Both the position numbers and the translations under genes were made by a program. Positions 30,153 to 40,591 of a stretch of 64,000 nucleotides of DNA are shown one piece after another. The notes beneath the pieces were generated by a model. It ran no database searches and was not told the origin of the DNA. It was given only the letters and a program-made list of their open reading frames with translations. The DNA lies in assembly GCA_050115495.1 (NCBI GenBank), contig JASFQK010000015.1, positions 1 through 64,000 on the forward strand, read 5' to 3'. Within the stretch, counting starts at the first letter, position 1. Each line of letters begins with the position of its first letter. The stretch comes from Phycisphaerae bacterium. GTDB taxonomy: Bacteria > Planctomycetota > Phycisphaerae > UBA1845 > Fen-1342.

Positions 30153-32300
30153 ATGTTCCTCCGACGCCTGACTTGGTTCTGGATCCTGCTGACCGCCGTG
30201 GCCCTCGCGCTCATCGGACGGCTGCTCGACATCCAGGTGCTGCACGCCGCGGAATACGAGGATTTGGCGACGCGGCTGCTGATCCGGCCGACCCGCTACC
30301 TCGACGCACCGCGGGGAACCATCCGCGACCGCCACGGACGCCTGCTGGTCAGCGACGAACCCTCCTGGGACATCAGCGTGCACTACGCCGTCCTCACCGG
30401 CCGCAGCCGGCGGTACCTGCGGGCGGTGGCCCGCGTCCTCCGCCGCGGCGGCGAGGGAGGCGAGTGGCCCTCGCTGGCGGCGGGCACCGACGAGCTCCGG
30501 CACGAGATCGCCGACATGTGGCAGCGGCTGTCCGCACTCACCGGGCAGCCGGTGAGCGACTTCATCGAGCGCGGGCAGCGGGTCTACGGCCGCGTGCAGC
30601 AGATCCGCGACGAGCTGCGCGAACGCTCCGGCCTGGACCAGCCTGTCCGCGAAGAGAACCTGCTGCATCCGGTCATTCAGGACGTGAGCGACGACGTGGC
30701 CCTGGCCGTTCGGCTGGAGATGGAGAAGCGGCCGTGGATCCGTGTCGTGCCCAGCTCCCGACGGGTTGTGCATGGGGCGGACACGCTCGTCCACCTGCTC
30801 GGGCGGCTGGGCGAGGTCGACGCCGAACACCTCGCTGAGGACCCCTTCCACGACGATCCCCTGCGAGCCCTGCTACCCGGCGACCACCGGGGCATCACCG
30901 GCGTCGAACAACTAGCCGAGACGACGCTGCGCGGTCAGCGCGGCCGCATCGTCGAGGAGCTCGACCGCACCGTCCTCGAACAGGCCGACCCCGTCACCGG
31001 CGGCGACGTCACGCTCAGCATCGACCTCGATCTCCAGGAGCACGTCTACGGCCTGCTCGCCGCAACGATCGAGAACACCGAGCCGGATGAGAAGCTCGTC
31101 TGGCCGGCCGGCGGGTCGGCGGTCGTGCTCGACGTCGCCACGCGCGAGGTCCTGGCCCTGGTCAGCTACCCCGTCTACGCGCGCGAGCAGACGCGCGAAA
31201 GCTACGCGGCGCTGCGGCGGGACGCCCGGCGGATGCCGCTGCGCTTCCGAGCCGTGTCGAGCATCTACCCGCCCGGCTCGACGTGCAAAGCGATCACGCT
31301 GGTCGGGGCGCTCACGGAAGGCGAGACGACGCCGGAAGAGCGCGTGCATTGCACCGGTCACCTGCTGCCCGAGCGGACGGACATCTTCCGCTGCTGGATC
31401 TACAACCAGTACCAGCTCTCGCACGACATGACCGAGAACCCCGCCGGCCAGAACGGTGAGGATGCCATCCGCAACTCGTGCAATATCTACTTCTTCACGA
31501 TGGGTGGCCGGCTGGGGCCGGAGCGGCTGTGCGACTGGTTCACGCGGTTCGGCCTCGGCCGCACGCAGGGCACCGGGCTCATCGAGGAGTCACCGGGCAT
31601 CGTGCCAACCGCGGCCTGGCTGGAAGCGACGCAGGGCCGCGAGCCGCAGCGGTCCGACGCCTGGAACTGGGCCATCGGGCAGGGTGAGATCTCGGCCACG
31701 CCGCTTCAGGTGGCCAATGTGTGCGCCAGCGTCGCCGCCGGCTATTGGGAGCCGGTGCACCTGATTCGCGGCGAGCAGTCGGCGGCGAGCGAGCGGGTCA
31801 GGTTCGACGCGGGGGCCATGCGCGTGCTGCGCTCGGGCATGTGGCGCGTTGTGAATGATGAGCGCGGCAGTGGCTGGCGGCCGACAGCCTGGCGGGCACA
31901 ACTCGAGCGCAACGACTACGTGCTGTGCGGCAAGACCGGCTCGGCCCAGGCCGTCCCACAGCCGGTGCTGTACCGCTACACGTTCGAGTGGCCCGACGGT
32001 CGGCGGGAAACGGTCAACGCGTACCTCGAAGAGGACGCCCTGGCCCACTTCGGCGACGAGAAGCCCCGGCGGGTCGGCAAGCACACCATAGAGCGTTTTC
32101 CCGACCTGCTGCCTGGCGAGCTCAGCGCTCACGCCTGGTTCATGGGCTACACGCAGCCTGCCGACACGCCGCGTGGCGACGCCCCGCACGGACACGTGTA
32201 CGCCATCGCCGTGATCGTCGAGTACGGCCTCAGCGGCGGACACGTGGCGGCCCCCATCGCCAAACAGATTGCGGAGTACCTGTTGGACCACGAGCCGTAG
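30153..32300 (+). CDS. mrdA: Penicillin-binding protein 2-like class B transpeptidase
   Basis: N-terminal TM, APRGTIRDRHG, SxxK (STCK), SxN (SCN), KTG, HAWF; directly upstream of rodA. Confidence 0.88.
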   Translation: MFLRRLTWFWILLTAVALALIGRLLDIQVLHAAEYEDLATRLLIRPTRYLDAPRGTIRDRHGRLLVSDEPSWDISVHYAVLTGRSRRYLRAVARVLRRGGEGGEWPSLAAGTDELRHEIADMWQRLSALTGQPVSDFIERGQRVYGRVQQIRDELRERSGLDQPVREENLLHPVIQDVSDDVALAVRLEMEKRPWIRVVPSSRRVVHGADTLVHLLGRLGEVDAEHLAEDPFHDDPLRALLPGDHRGITGVEQLAETTLRGQRGRIVEELDRTVLEQADPVTGGDVTLSIDLDLQEHVYGLLAATIENTEPDEKLVWPAGGSAVVLDVATREVLALVSYPVYAREQTRESYAALRRDARRMPLRFRAVSSIYPPGSTCKAITLVGALTEGETTPEERVHCTGHLLPERTDIFRCWIYNQYQLSHDMTENPAGQNGEDAIRNSCNIYFFTMGGRLGPERLCDWFTRFGLGRTQGTGLIEESPGIVPTAAWLEATQGREPQRSDAWNWAIGQGEISATPLQVANVCASVAAGYWEPVHLIRGEQSAASERVRFDAGAMRVLRSGMWRVVNDERGSGWRPTAWRAQLERNDYVLCGKTGSAQAVPQPVLYRYTFEWPDGRRETVNAYLEEDALAHFGDEKPRRVGKHTIERFPDLLPGELSAHAWFMGYTQPADTPRGDAPHGHVYAIAVIVEYGLSGGHVAAPIAKQIAEYLLDHEP

Positions 32301-32330
32301 CCACTGTGGTCCGACGATGATGATGAGGTT

Positions 32331-33590
32331 ATGTCGACGCCGCGTATGCTCAATCTGACGCGCCTGGGCTGGGGCCTGGCGATTCCGGTCGCCCTGCTGG
32401 GGGCGCTAGGCCTGGCGTGCATCCACGCCACGGACCGCAGCAACGCCAGCGCGGACAACGATACGGCCGCCGTCACGTCGGCCGCGCCCGGCGTCGAGCC
32501 GCACTGGCTGACCCGGGCATACGAGGCGGTGGGGCCGATGACCATCCGGCAGATTCTCTTCTTCTTGACGGGTATCGGCCTGCTGCTCGCCATGCTCTGG
32601 CTCCCCTACCAGAAGCTCGGGCGCTACGCCTACTGGGCCTATGCGGCGACGCTGGCCCTGCTCGTGCTGCTGGTGGCGGCCCGGTACGTCCATTTGCCGG
32701 AGAGCCTGCTGCCAGTGCGCAACAATGCCCGCCGGTGGATCGCCCTGGGACCGCTGAGCCTGCAACCGTCGGAGTTCATGAAGGTCGTGCTGATCGTGAC
32801 GCTGGCGCGGTATCTGCGGTTCCGCAGCACGTACCGCCAGCTTCGCGGGCTGATCGTGCCGTTCGTGCTAACGCTCATCCCGATGGGCCTGATCCTCAAG
32901 CAGCCGGACCTGGGCACGACGCTGATGCTCCTGCCGGTGCTGTTCATCATGCTGTTCGTCGCCGGGGCGCGGTTGCGGCACCTGGCGCTGGTAGCGGTCG
33001 TCGGGGCGGCGACGCTGCCGGTGTTCTACTTCTACGGGATGAAGGACTACCAGCGGGAACGCATCCAGATCCTGTTCCGGCAGAATTCACCGGACCAGCG
33101 CTGGCAGATGGGGCCGGGCTACCAGCTCCGGCAATCCAAGATCGCCCTGGGTTCGGGCGGGATCTTCGGCGAGGGCTGGGGCCAGGGCGTGTTCGTCGAG
33201 TCGGCCCTGCCGCTGCTGCCCGAGGAGCACAACGACTTCATCTTCGCCATCATCGGGCACCAGTGGGGGCTGATCGGCTGCGTGGTCGTCATCCTGGCGT
33301 ACAGCGTCATCGTGTTCTTCGGCATCGAGGTGGCCACCGTCACGAACGATCCGTTCGGGAGGCTGCTGGCCATCGGCGTCGTGGTGATGATCGTGGTGCA
33401 GGCCCTGCTGAACATCTCGATGACCGTCGGGCTGGCCCCCATCACCGGCATGACGCTCCCCTTCGTCAGCGCCGGCGGCAGCAGCCTGTGGGCGAACTTC
33501 ATCGCCCTGGGCCTGCTGCTCAACATCGCCCAGCGCCGCCCCCTCCTGATCGCCAATCCGCCGTTCGAACACGACGATGATGACGAATAG
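32331..33590 (+). CDS. rodA: SEDS peptidoglycan glycosyltransferase RodA
   Basis: ARRWI, QPSEFMK, QPDLGT, GSGG, LPEEHNDFIF, PITGMTLPFVSAGGSS. Confidence 0.9.
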   Translation: MSTPRMLNLTRLGWGLAIPVALLGALGLACIHATDRSNASADNDTAAVTSAAPGVEPHWLTRAYEAVGPMTIRQILFFLTGIGLLLAMLWLPYQKLGRYAYWAYAATLALLVLLVAARYVHLPESLLPVRNNARRWIALGPLSLQPSEFMKVVLIVTLARYLRFRSTYRQLRGLIVPFVLTLIPMGLILKQPDLGTTLMLLPVLFIMLFVAGARLRHLALVAVVGAATLPVFYFYGMKDYQRERIQILFRQNSPDQRWQMGPGYQLRQSKIALGSGGIFGEGWGQGVFVESALPLLPEEHNDFIFAIIGHQWGLIGCVVVILAYSVIVFFGIEVATVTNDPFGRLLAIGVVVMIVVQALLNISMTVGLAPITGMTLPFVSAGGSSLWANFIALGLLLNIAQRRPLLIANPPFEHDDDDE

Positions 33591-33632
33591 GCGGGGCGGT
33601 ACGCCACCATCACTGCACGAACGGCGGTGCTC

Positions 33633-33835
33633 AGTCCCGTAGGGACGAATGATCGTAGCCCAGCACGCAGTGCTGGGTTTCGACGGGATGCTCCCTTCCC
33701 CGAGTCCCGTAGGGACGGCTGAAGGCTGTGTTGCGCGGCGTCGCGCTCAGTCGTCCCTACGGGACTGGGTCGTCGGGGGATGCCCCTCATCCCAGCAGTT
33801 CCTGCTGGGCTACAATCAGCCGTCCCTACGGGACT
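33633..33835. repeat. REP/REPIN-like nested palindromic element
   Basis: AGTCCCGTAGGGACG at 33633 and 33703; its reverse complement at 33752 and 33821. Confidence 0.85.
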
Positions 33836-33943
33836 AAGACGCCGATAGCGCCGAGGGGGGCCTGCAAGATCCGGCCACTGTGACGCGTTCCCGCTGTTAC
33901 CTGCGGAACACTGACTTGGTTGCGTCCGTCCGAGACCCGCCGC

Positions 33944-33972
33944 TTGGGTTGCACGGGCGGCGGCGCTATAAT
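33944..33972 (+). promoter_or_regulatory. sigma70-type promoter
   Basis: TTGGGT-N17-TATAAT. Confidence 0.5.
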
Positions 33973-34068
33973 GCCCGATTCCGCGGGCGGCGTGGTCCGC
34001 ACGTATCGGGGGTGCCGTCACGGGGCACCGCCGACGATCGCCTGTGTGCTTTTAGCCGGAGCGAGGTT

Positions 34069-35028
34069 ATGAAAGTCCTGATCGCCGACAAGTTTGAAGC
34101 TTCTGGTATCGAACAACTCAAGCAGATCGCCGACGAGGTCGTTTGCGAGCCGGATCTCAAGGACGATGCGCTGACGCAGCGCGTCGCCGGATTCGCGCCC
34201 GACGTCCTCATCGTCCGTTCCACGAAGGTCCAGGCCCCGACGATCGACGCCGGCAAGAGCCTCCGCGTGATCATCCGCGCCGGCTCGGGCTTCGACACGA
34301 TCGACGTCGCCCACGCCAAGGAGAAGGGTGTCAAGGTCGCCAACTGCCCCGGCATGAACGCCATCGCCGTCGCCGAGCTGGTCATGGGCCACATCATCGC
34401 CGTCGACCGGCGGCTGGGCGACAACCTGGCCGACCTGCGGGCCCACAAGTGGAACAAGAAGCTCTACAGCAAGGCCCGCGGGCTGAAGGGCCGCACGCTC
34501 GGCATCGTCGGCGTGGGGCGGATCGGCTCGGCGGTCGCCAAGCGGGCCCTGGCCTTCGAGATGAAGGTGCTCTTCTACGACGTGATCCCCGACCTCAAGC
34601 CGGCCGATCACCCCGACTGCCGCCGGGCGGAAGTGGACGAGATCTTCCGCACCGCCGACTTCATCTCGCTGCACGTGCCCGGCTCGGGTGACACGAAGCA
34701 CCTGGTCAACGCGGCGCGGCTGGCGACGATGCGGCCGGAAGCGGTCCTCATCAACACCAGCCGGGCGTCCGTCATCGACGAGCCCGCCCTGATCGAGGCC
34801 CTGAAGGCCGGCAAGATCCGAGCGGCGGCGGTGGACGTGTACGACAACGAGCCGGCGGCCGACGCCAAGGACATCACCTCGCCCATGTGCGACGTGCCGA
34901 ACCTGTACGGTACGCACCACATCGGCGCCTCGACCGACCAGGCCCAGCTTGCCGTCGCCGAGGAGACCGTCCGCATCGTCGCCGAATACAGGAAGAGCGG
35001 GCAGGTCCTGAACTGCGTGAACACCTAG
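34069..35028 (+). CDS. serA: D-3-phosphoglycerate dehydrogenase-like D-2-hydroxyacid dehydrogenase (short form, no ACT domain)
   Basis: RAGSGFDTID, NAIAVAE, GIVGVGRIG, SLHVP, INTSR, HIGAST. Confidence 0.75.
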   Translation: MKVLIADKFEASGIEQLKQIADEVVCEPDLKDDALTQRVAGFAPDVLIVRSTKVQAPTIDAGKSLRVIIRAGSGFDTIDVAHAKEKGVKVANCPGMNAIAVAELVMGHIIAVDRRLGDNLADLRAHKWNKKLYSKARGLKGRTLGIVGVGRIGSAVAKRALAFEMKVLFYDVIPDLKPADHPDCRRAEVDEIFRTADFISLHVPGSGDTKHLVNAARLATMRPEAVLINTSRASVIDEPALIEALKAGKIRAAAVDVYDNEPAADAKDITSPMCDVPNLYGTHHIGASTDQAQLAVAEETVRIVAEYRKSGQVLNCVNT

Positions 35029-35270
35029 CGCCGCCGGCGTAGCGATTCACTGTCAGTCTTCAACCGTCCTGGCCGGCGCGCCGCGTGCGTGCTGGCCAGG
35101 ACGGTTTCTTTGCGGCTTAAACGTAGCCGTTCAGCGCCGCCGACACGGAACTCGACTCCCCGCGCTCGCCGATCAAACCCTGCCACACGCCCCGCACTGA
35201 TGGTACTATGCACGCTGGCAACGGCGGCCGCGGCCGCCTCCCATCGCCTCGATAGCAGGAGAGAGTCGCC

Positions 35271-37259
35271 ATGTCCCACCAGATGCGGTTGCGGTGTATC
35301 GCGCTCGGCATACTCGTCGCGGCGTGCGCTTGTGCCAACGTCGCCGCCCAGATCATCGTCAGCGAGTCGCCACCCCTGCCGCCGCGGACGCTCTGCATCG
35401 AACAGCTCTGGTTCGACCTCAACGGCAAGTGGAACGGCCAACCGGCCAACGCGATCTGCGTAGTCGTTCGGGCGGCGGGCCTGGCCGGCGAGAAGATCGA
35501 AGCGGAGATCAGGATACGCGACGCCGACGGCCGGCCGGTGCCGGTGCGGGCCGACGCCCCCGCCGACTTCCGCGACGCCGACGGCCATTTCCTCTTCACA
35601 CAACGTGCCGACGTCCAGTACGAGGCCACAAAGTGGGACCCCGCGCGCTTCGCCGTGCCCACGGACATTCTCGATCTGCCGACCGGCCGAAAGCACACGC
35701 TGTGGGTGTCGTTACGCCTGCGCAGCGGCGGCTTGCAGGCGAGCATCGCGCAGCAGATCATCTATCCGCCCGATTCGAACGAACCCGAGGCACGCGGCCT
35801 CCAGCTCTCCGACCCGGTCACGGAATCGACGACCGACGACGGCCCGGAGCGCAACGTCGCCGGCATGGGCGACGACCCGCGCCAGCAAGGCGGCTGGGCG
35901 GTGCCACACCTGCGCATATCCGCGACGCTCGCCCAACTGCCCGAGACCGTGGCCGGCAGCGCCGCCCGCGTCGAACTGCATCTGTTCCACCCGGACGGCC
36001 AATCGGTAAACGCCAAGACGGCGGGCGCCGCGTCGCAACCGTTCACCCGCTCGGCGACGGTCCAGCTCTCGCCGCAACAGCCGCAGGAACCCGTGCGGTT
36101 CGAACTGACCTGCGACGAGATTCAGCTCCGCGCGGGCTTGGACCATTCCTTGATCGCCGAGTTGCGTGCTGAGAACGAGTTCACGCGTGTGGCCTGTCAA
36201 CGAACGTGCCGCGTGCAGCATTTCTCCAGCAGCACCGGGGCGGCCAACGCGTCGCCGGCGGGCGCCGCGGCCGGTTCCGCCTCGGACGATGCGCTGCTGG
36301 CCGCGGCAGCCGCCGGAGCCACCGACCGCGTTCGTGTACTGGCCGCGCAAGCCGGCGAGACACTGCCGCGCGACAGTGCCGGCCGTACACCCCTGCATCT
36401 GGCGGCGGCCGCCGGGCACGTCGAAGCAGCCCGCGCTCTGCTGGATGCTGCCACGCCACCGAAATCGCCGGAGCCGCCGCCGGACATCGACGTCCAGGGC
36501 GATCGGCCGGCGAATCTGTTCAGTCCGGACTACGGCAAACCGCAGGCGGGCGATACTCCGTCCGGCGGAACGGCCGCGGACATGCTGACCTTCGACGCCT
36601 ACCTCGCCCGGTCGCGCGTCCTGGAAGCGACGGACAATCGCGGGCGAACACCGCTGCATCTCGCCGCCGCCGCCGGCCAGGTCGAGATGATCCGCTTCCT
36701 GTGTGAGCGCGGCGCGGCCGTCGAGTCGGCGGAAGAAAGCGGAGCGACGCCGCTGCACCTGGCCGCCGTCGCCTCGCATGCGGACGCCGTCGCCGCCCTG
36801 CTCACCGCCGGCGCTTACCCGAGGGCCCGGACGAAGCTGGGCTGCACGGTGTTGCAGATGGCCACCGACCTGAGAACGAGAGGGAACCTGGAGCAAGCGA
36901 TCAAGAAGATGACCACGGGCCCCGACGTGGACGCCGTCCGCGAGCGGGCCGAAGCGTTCCTCGCAGCGCTTCAGGCCGGCGACGGCGGCCGGGCCGGCCC
37001 ACTCATGACGCCGGAGCTGGCGGAGCAGATCCCGCAGAAGCTGGAGACCGCTCAGTTCGAGTTCCTGGTCGTTTCCGCCGAGGTCCACGCCGACACGGGC
37101 CGCGTTCGTGCCTGCCTCAAGGTCGCCGATATCGAAGCAAAGACCAACGAGTTCATCGCCGAGATCGTGTTGCTGCGTCCGGACGGTGAATGGCGCATCG
37201 CCGAGGTGCGGACCACGCCCTTCTTCCCCGAACTCGAGAAGCTGGAGGAGCAGTCATGA
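35271..37259 (+). CDS. Secreted ankyrin-repeat protein
   Basis: SD AGGAG, signal peptide, three G(R/A)TPLHLAA repeats. Confidence 0.85.
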   Translation: MSHQMRLRCIALGILVAACACANVAAQIIVSESPPLPPRTLCIEQLWFDLNGKWNGQPANAICVVVRAAGLAGEKIEAEIRIRDADGRPVPVRADAPADFRDADGHFLFTQRADVQYEATKWDPARFAVPTDILDLPTGRKHTLWVSLRLRSGGLQASIAQQIIYPPDSNEPEARGLQLSDPVTESTTDDGPERNVAGMGDDPRQQGGWAVPHLRISATLAQLPETVAGSAARVELHLFHPDGQSVNAKTAGAASQPFTRSATVQLSPQQPQEPVRFELTCDEIQLRAGLDHSLIAELRAENEFTRVACQRTCRVQHFSSSTGAANASPAGAAAGSASDDALLAAAAAGATDRVRVLAAQAGETLPRDSAGRTPLHLAAAAGHVEAARALLDAATPPKSPEPPPDIDVQGDRPANLFSPDYGKPQAGDTPSGGTAADMLTFDAYLARSRVLEATDNRGRTPLHLAAAAGQVEMIRFLCERGAAVESAEESGATPLHLAAVASHADAVAALLTAGAYPRARTKLGCTVLQMATDLRTRGNLEQAIKKMTTGPDVDAVRERAEAFLAALQAGDGGRAGPLMTPELAEQIPQKLETAQFEFLVVSAEVHADTGRVRACLKVADIEAKTNEFIAEIVLLRPDGEWRIAEVRTTPFFPELEKLEEQS

Positions 37260-39400
37260 GTACGCTTCCGGCAACATCACCGTGCTCCGGGCCGGCTCGC
37301 GCTGTGGCGACGCGCCGTCTGTCGCCCTGCGGTTCGCTCCTGCTGGTGCTCGTCGCGGCGACCCTGCCCGCCGCCGCCCAGCAAACCGCCGAGCTCGAAG
37401 CGAGGATTGGCGAACTGCGCCAGCAGGTGACGGCGCTCGAGAAGGAGCACTTCCAGCAGTCACAGACCATCACGAAGAATCAGGAGAACCTCGACCGCGA
37501 TACGCCCCTGGCCGCCGTCGGGCAACACTGGGTCAACGCCGCCGGCGGGTTCCTGTCCCGGATCGAGGAGAAGCAGCGGGCCTACGATGAGGCCAACGCC
37601 CGCTTCAACGAAATCCCGCCGGAAGACCGCTCCTGGCTGGACCATATCTGCCTCGGCTTCATCAAGGCACCGCAGCGGCGGATTCCGCGGGCCGCCAGCC
37701 TGTTGTACGACAGAATCAACGCCCGCTGGGACCTGCTGCTCTTCCACCGCACAATCCAGGACGAACTCGCTGAGGGCATCCGCGTCGGAGACGATCCGCG
37801 GCTCCACAAGTTCGGCAGCGTTGCCGACTTCGTGCGCCGGGCGCAGGCCGAGATCCTCAAGTCCGCCCTCGTCGAGGACAACTGCAAGACCTGGCGCGAC
37901 AACATCGCCCGCGCTGAGCGCCGCCAGGCCGAGATCGACGCCGAGAAGCAACGCCTCCGCTCGGAGTTGCACGAGCTCGAACGCCGGCTGGCGGAGCTCC
38001 GCGAGCAGGCCGCCAACCAGCCCACGCCGCCGGCACGTCCCGCGCCCAACCTGGCCGAACCCGAGATCGTCGAAGCGATGTGCTCGCAGTTGGACGGCGC
38101 CGCCGGCAGCCGCGTGGCCGTTTGGCGGTTCTACGTGCGGCTCAACGTGCGCAACCACGTGCCGGTGCAGCTCCGCCTGGATGAGCTGACCCGCGAGCCC
38201 GAGATGCAGGACCCCGATCCCAAACGCCGATTCGTCCCGCCGCAGCGCATGTTCACCGTCCGTCCCGGCGATACGTTCCAGCTCAGCGGCTGGGAAGACC
38301 CCGAGACGGGCGTGCCGATCCTCGAAGAGATGGCCACGGGCGACTTGCCGCGCGTCCCGTCCGTGCGTGACCTCGGCCCCTACTACCTCACCGTCTGGGA
38401 GGCGAACGGCTTCCAGGGCCGCTTCCGGGCGACGTTCAGCACCGTGGCCGGCGCCCCCGCGCCGGTTCAGCTCGTCGCCGAGTTCAGCCCCCCGCCGCCG
38501 GCGACGTCGCAGGTCCAGATGCGCGTCGATGATCCGGACGAAGATGAACGCAGCGGGCCGGCGGACGCCATGATGAGCAGCTTCGCCTGGAAGGACACGT
38601 ACCACCTCCGCATCGCCGTGTACGTGCCCGATCTGTCGCCGGGGTTGTACCGCCTGCGCGTGCAGGTGCGCGGTCAGCCCGACCGCTTCCTGTGGGGCCT
38701 GGCGAAGGACGGCGAGGCGCAGACGTCCATCTGGGGCTTCGTGCCGCTGAACGTGGGGCCGTACCAGATGACGCTGAGCGTACCCGAAGCGCCACAGGTC
38801 GCCCCCGTGACCATCTCCGGCCGGCTCGATCCCGCCAGAGGCACCGTCGACGCACTCGTCAGCGCTCGTGACCGCGTGCAGAAAGCGCAGGCGGCGCTGT
38901 CCGACAGCAGCAGCCGGGCCGCGCCCGAGCTCCGCCGGTGGTTGCTGGGCGATGCGCAGGTGCTCTATGCCCAGAAGCTCAATCTCGCCGGTCGGTTCGA
39001 GGAAGCGCTACAGGTCAGCGAGCAGGCGATCCGGAACCTGCCGGAATGCAAGGTCGGCGCGACCTACCCCAAGGGCAAAGGTAGCGAGTACCAGGACACG
39101 GCCTGGAAGGAGAAGGCCACCGCGCTCTATCACCTCTTCCAGCGGGACGCGTATCGCGAAGCGATGGAGCACATCTGCCAGACGCAGTTGCGCATGGCGC
39201 GGGAATTCCGCCAGAGCGGCAGCGACGCCGTGGCCAAAGATTACCTCCAGCGTGCCGGCGAATACCGCCACCTGCTCGCCCACCGGCTGATGCTGCTGGG
39301 CGTCGACCTCACCGAAGTCCGCCGAGAGGTGGAGGTCGGGAATCAGCTCTATCAGCAGGCGGGCAAGAATGTGCCGAAGCTCGTTTGGTATCCGCAGTAG
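37256..39400 (+). CDS. Secreted hypothetical protein with coiled coils and C-terminal TPR-like helices
   Basis: ATGA overlap and SD GGAGG; signal peptide; heptad-rich segments; GRFEEALQVSEQAI. Confidence 0.7.
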   Translation: MSTLPATSPCSGPARAVATRRLSPCGSLLLVLVAATLPAAAQQTAELEARIGELRQQVTALEKEHFQQSQTITKNQENLDRDTPLAAVGQHWVNAAGGFLSRIEEKQRAYDEANARFNEIPPEDRSWLDHICLGFIKAPQRRIPRAASLLYDRINARWDLLLFHRTIQDELAEGIRVGDDPRLHKFGSVADFVRRAQAEILKSALVEDNCKTWRDNIARAERRQAEIDAEKQRLRSELHELERRLAELREQAANQPTPPARPAPNLAEPEIVEAMCSQLDGAAGSRVAVWRFYVRLNVRNHVPVQLRLDELTREPEMQDPDPKRRFVPPQRMFTVRPGDTFQLSGWEDPETGVPILEEMATGDLPRVPSVRDLGPYYLTVWEANGFQGRFRATFSTVAGAPAPVQLVAEFSPPPPATSQVQMRVDDPDEDERSGPADAMMSSFAWKDTYHLRIAVYVPDLSPGLYRLRVQVRGQPDRFLWGLAKDGEAQTSIWGFVPLNVGPYQMTLSVPEAPQVAPVTISGRLDPARGTVDALVSARDRVQKAQAALSDSSSRAAPELRRWLLGDAQVLYAQKLNLAGRFEEALQVSEQAIRNLPECKVGATYPKGKGSEYQDTAWKEKATALYHLFQRDAYREAMEHICQTQLRMAREFRQSGSDAVAKDYLQRAGEYRHLLAHRLMLLGVDLTEVRREVEVGNQLYQQAGKNVPKLVWYPQ

Positions 39401-39501
39401 TAGGCGAAGGGAAGAGGGCAACGAGGCAGGAACAGGTGGCACTCGCACGGTGTCACCGGTTCGGCGCCATCCGTGCGCACTTGCACACCGCGCCAGTATG
39501 G

Positions 39502-39975
39502 CTAAACGCTGTCCGACTCCGCAACCGGCGTGCCGCACTCGGGGCACACGCCGCTGGCATTACCCGTCAGATCGTACCCGCACGTGGTGCATCCCCCAGC
39601 CCTTCGTTTCCACAACAACCACGACCAGGCAAGAAGAACAGGACACAGAATCACGCATGGCAGCGCCGTCGAACACGCGACCCGAGACGTGTTGCACTCA
39701 AACTCTCCCAGCAGTGACTGCGGCCTCAGCAAGGCGAAATACCACGTGCCTTCCCACGGGCAATTGTACTTCTCTCGCACCGTACGCGGCTCAAAGGGGT
39801 TCCAGAAGGCGCGAATGTAGTAACACGTTCCCCGCCGAATGCCCACGACCCCATCCACGCAATTGACTGGCATCTCGATGGTCACGAAGTACGATAACAC
39901 GGTGAGCACAAACACGAGCACCCAGGCACCGCTCACGCCTACGAAGCACCACCGCGCCAATCGATGACGCCGCAT
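39502..39975 (-). CDS. Small membrane protein with C-terminal Zn ribbon
   Basis: SD AAAGGAG; two hydrophobic segments; CTTCGYDLTGNASGVCPECG. Confidence 0.75.
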   Translation of the reverse strand: MRRHRLARWCFVGVSGAWVLVFVLTVLSYFVTIEMPVNCVDGVVGIRRGTCYYIRAFWNPFEPRTVREKYNCPWEGTWYFALLRPQSLLGEFECNTSRVACSTALPCVILCPVLLAWSWLLWKRRAGGCTTCGYDLTGNASGVCPECGTPVAESDSV

Positions 39976-40068
39976 ACTGTCTCCTTTCGAACGTACGCGG
40001 ACCATACTATCTGCCGCAGGGTGTCCGCCAGTGCGCTGCGCACGCGGCCATGCATCGCATGACCCTCG

Positions 40069-40189
40069 CCGGCGTCCGGTTCGCAACCCGCATTCGCTAC
40101 GGGATCGCCAAGGACGTCCATCCGGACATGCTCGTCGATGTGCCGCGTGCCCCGGACCCACGGATAGGCGGTCTGGCTCGAGCCGTCGC
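40069..40189 (-). repeat. Degenerate Rhs-core fragment, copy B
   Basis: Translates as DGSSQTAYPWVRGTRHIDEHVRMDVLGDPVANAGCEPDA; ungapped homologue of 41340-41460. Confidence 0.65.
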
Positions 40190-40192
40190 AGG

Positions 40193-40591
40193 TCAGTTCG
40201 GCTGCTGGTAGCCGCATATCGTGAGGTGCGCCCCGTCTGGGTCGCCAGTCTCGAAGCGCACTGCCGCGCCGGACGCAACGCAGATGCCCGAAGTCAGGCT
40301 CAGCGCCTCGCCATCCGAGCGCAGAACCGCGATGACACGGCCCTCTTGGCTGATCTCAACCGGGGCTCCGCCGGGGCTGGCGAACAATACGTCGGTAATG
40401 ACGAAGCACGTGCCTGGCGGGGCGAGCACCTGTTCAACCGGGGCGTCTCTGCTGACTACGATAAAGAAGCTGTGGACTCGGCCACAACCCTGATGCGTAA
40501 CGGTTGGCTGTGTGCTGGCCTGTGAACCAACCAGAAAGGCCACGCACGCGATGAGCAGAACGCCAGTTAGTTGTGATCGTGCCTGTAGCAT
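40193..40591 (-). CDS. Small secreted hypothetical protein
   Basis: SD AAAGGAG, MLQARSQLTGVLLIACVAFLVGSQA signal. Confidence 0.65.
   Translation of the reverse strand: MLQARSQLTGVLLIACVAFLVGSQASTQPTVTHQGCGRVHSFFIVVSRDAPVEQVLAPPGTCFVITDVLFASPGGAPVEISQEGRVIAVLRSDGEALSLTSGICVASGAAVRFETGDPDGAHLTICGYQQPN

Noticed and set aside
33633..33835. Possible CRISPR array
   Set aside because: The repeats are 15 bp, in inverted orientations and irregularly spaced, with no cas genes.
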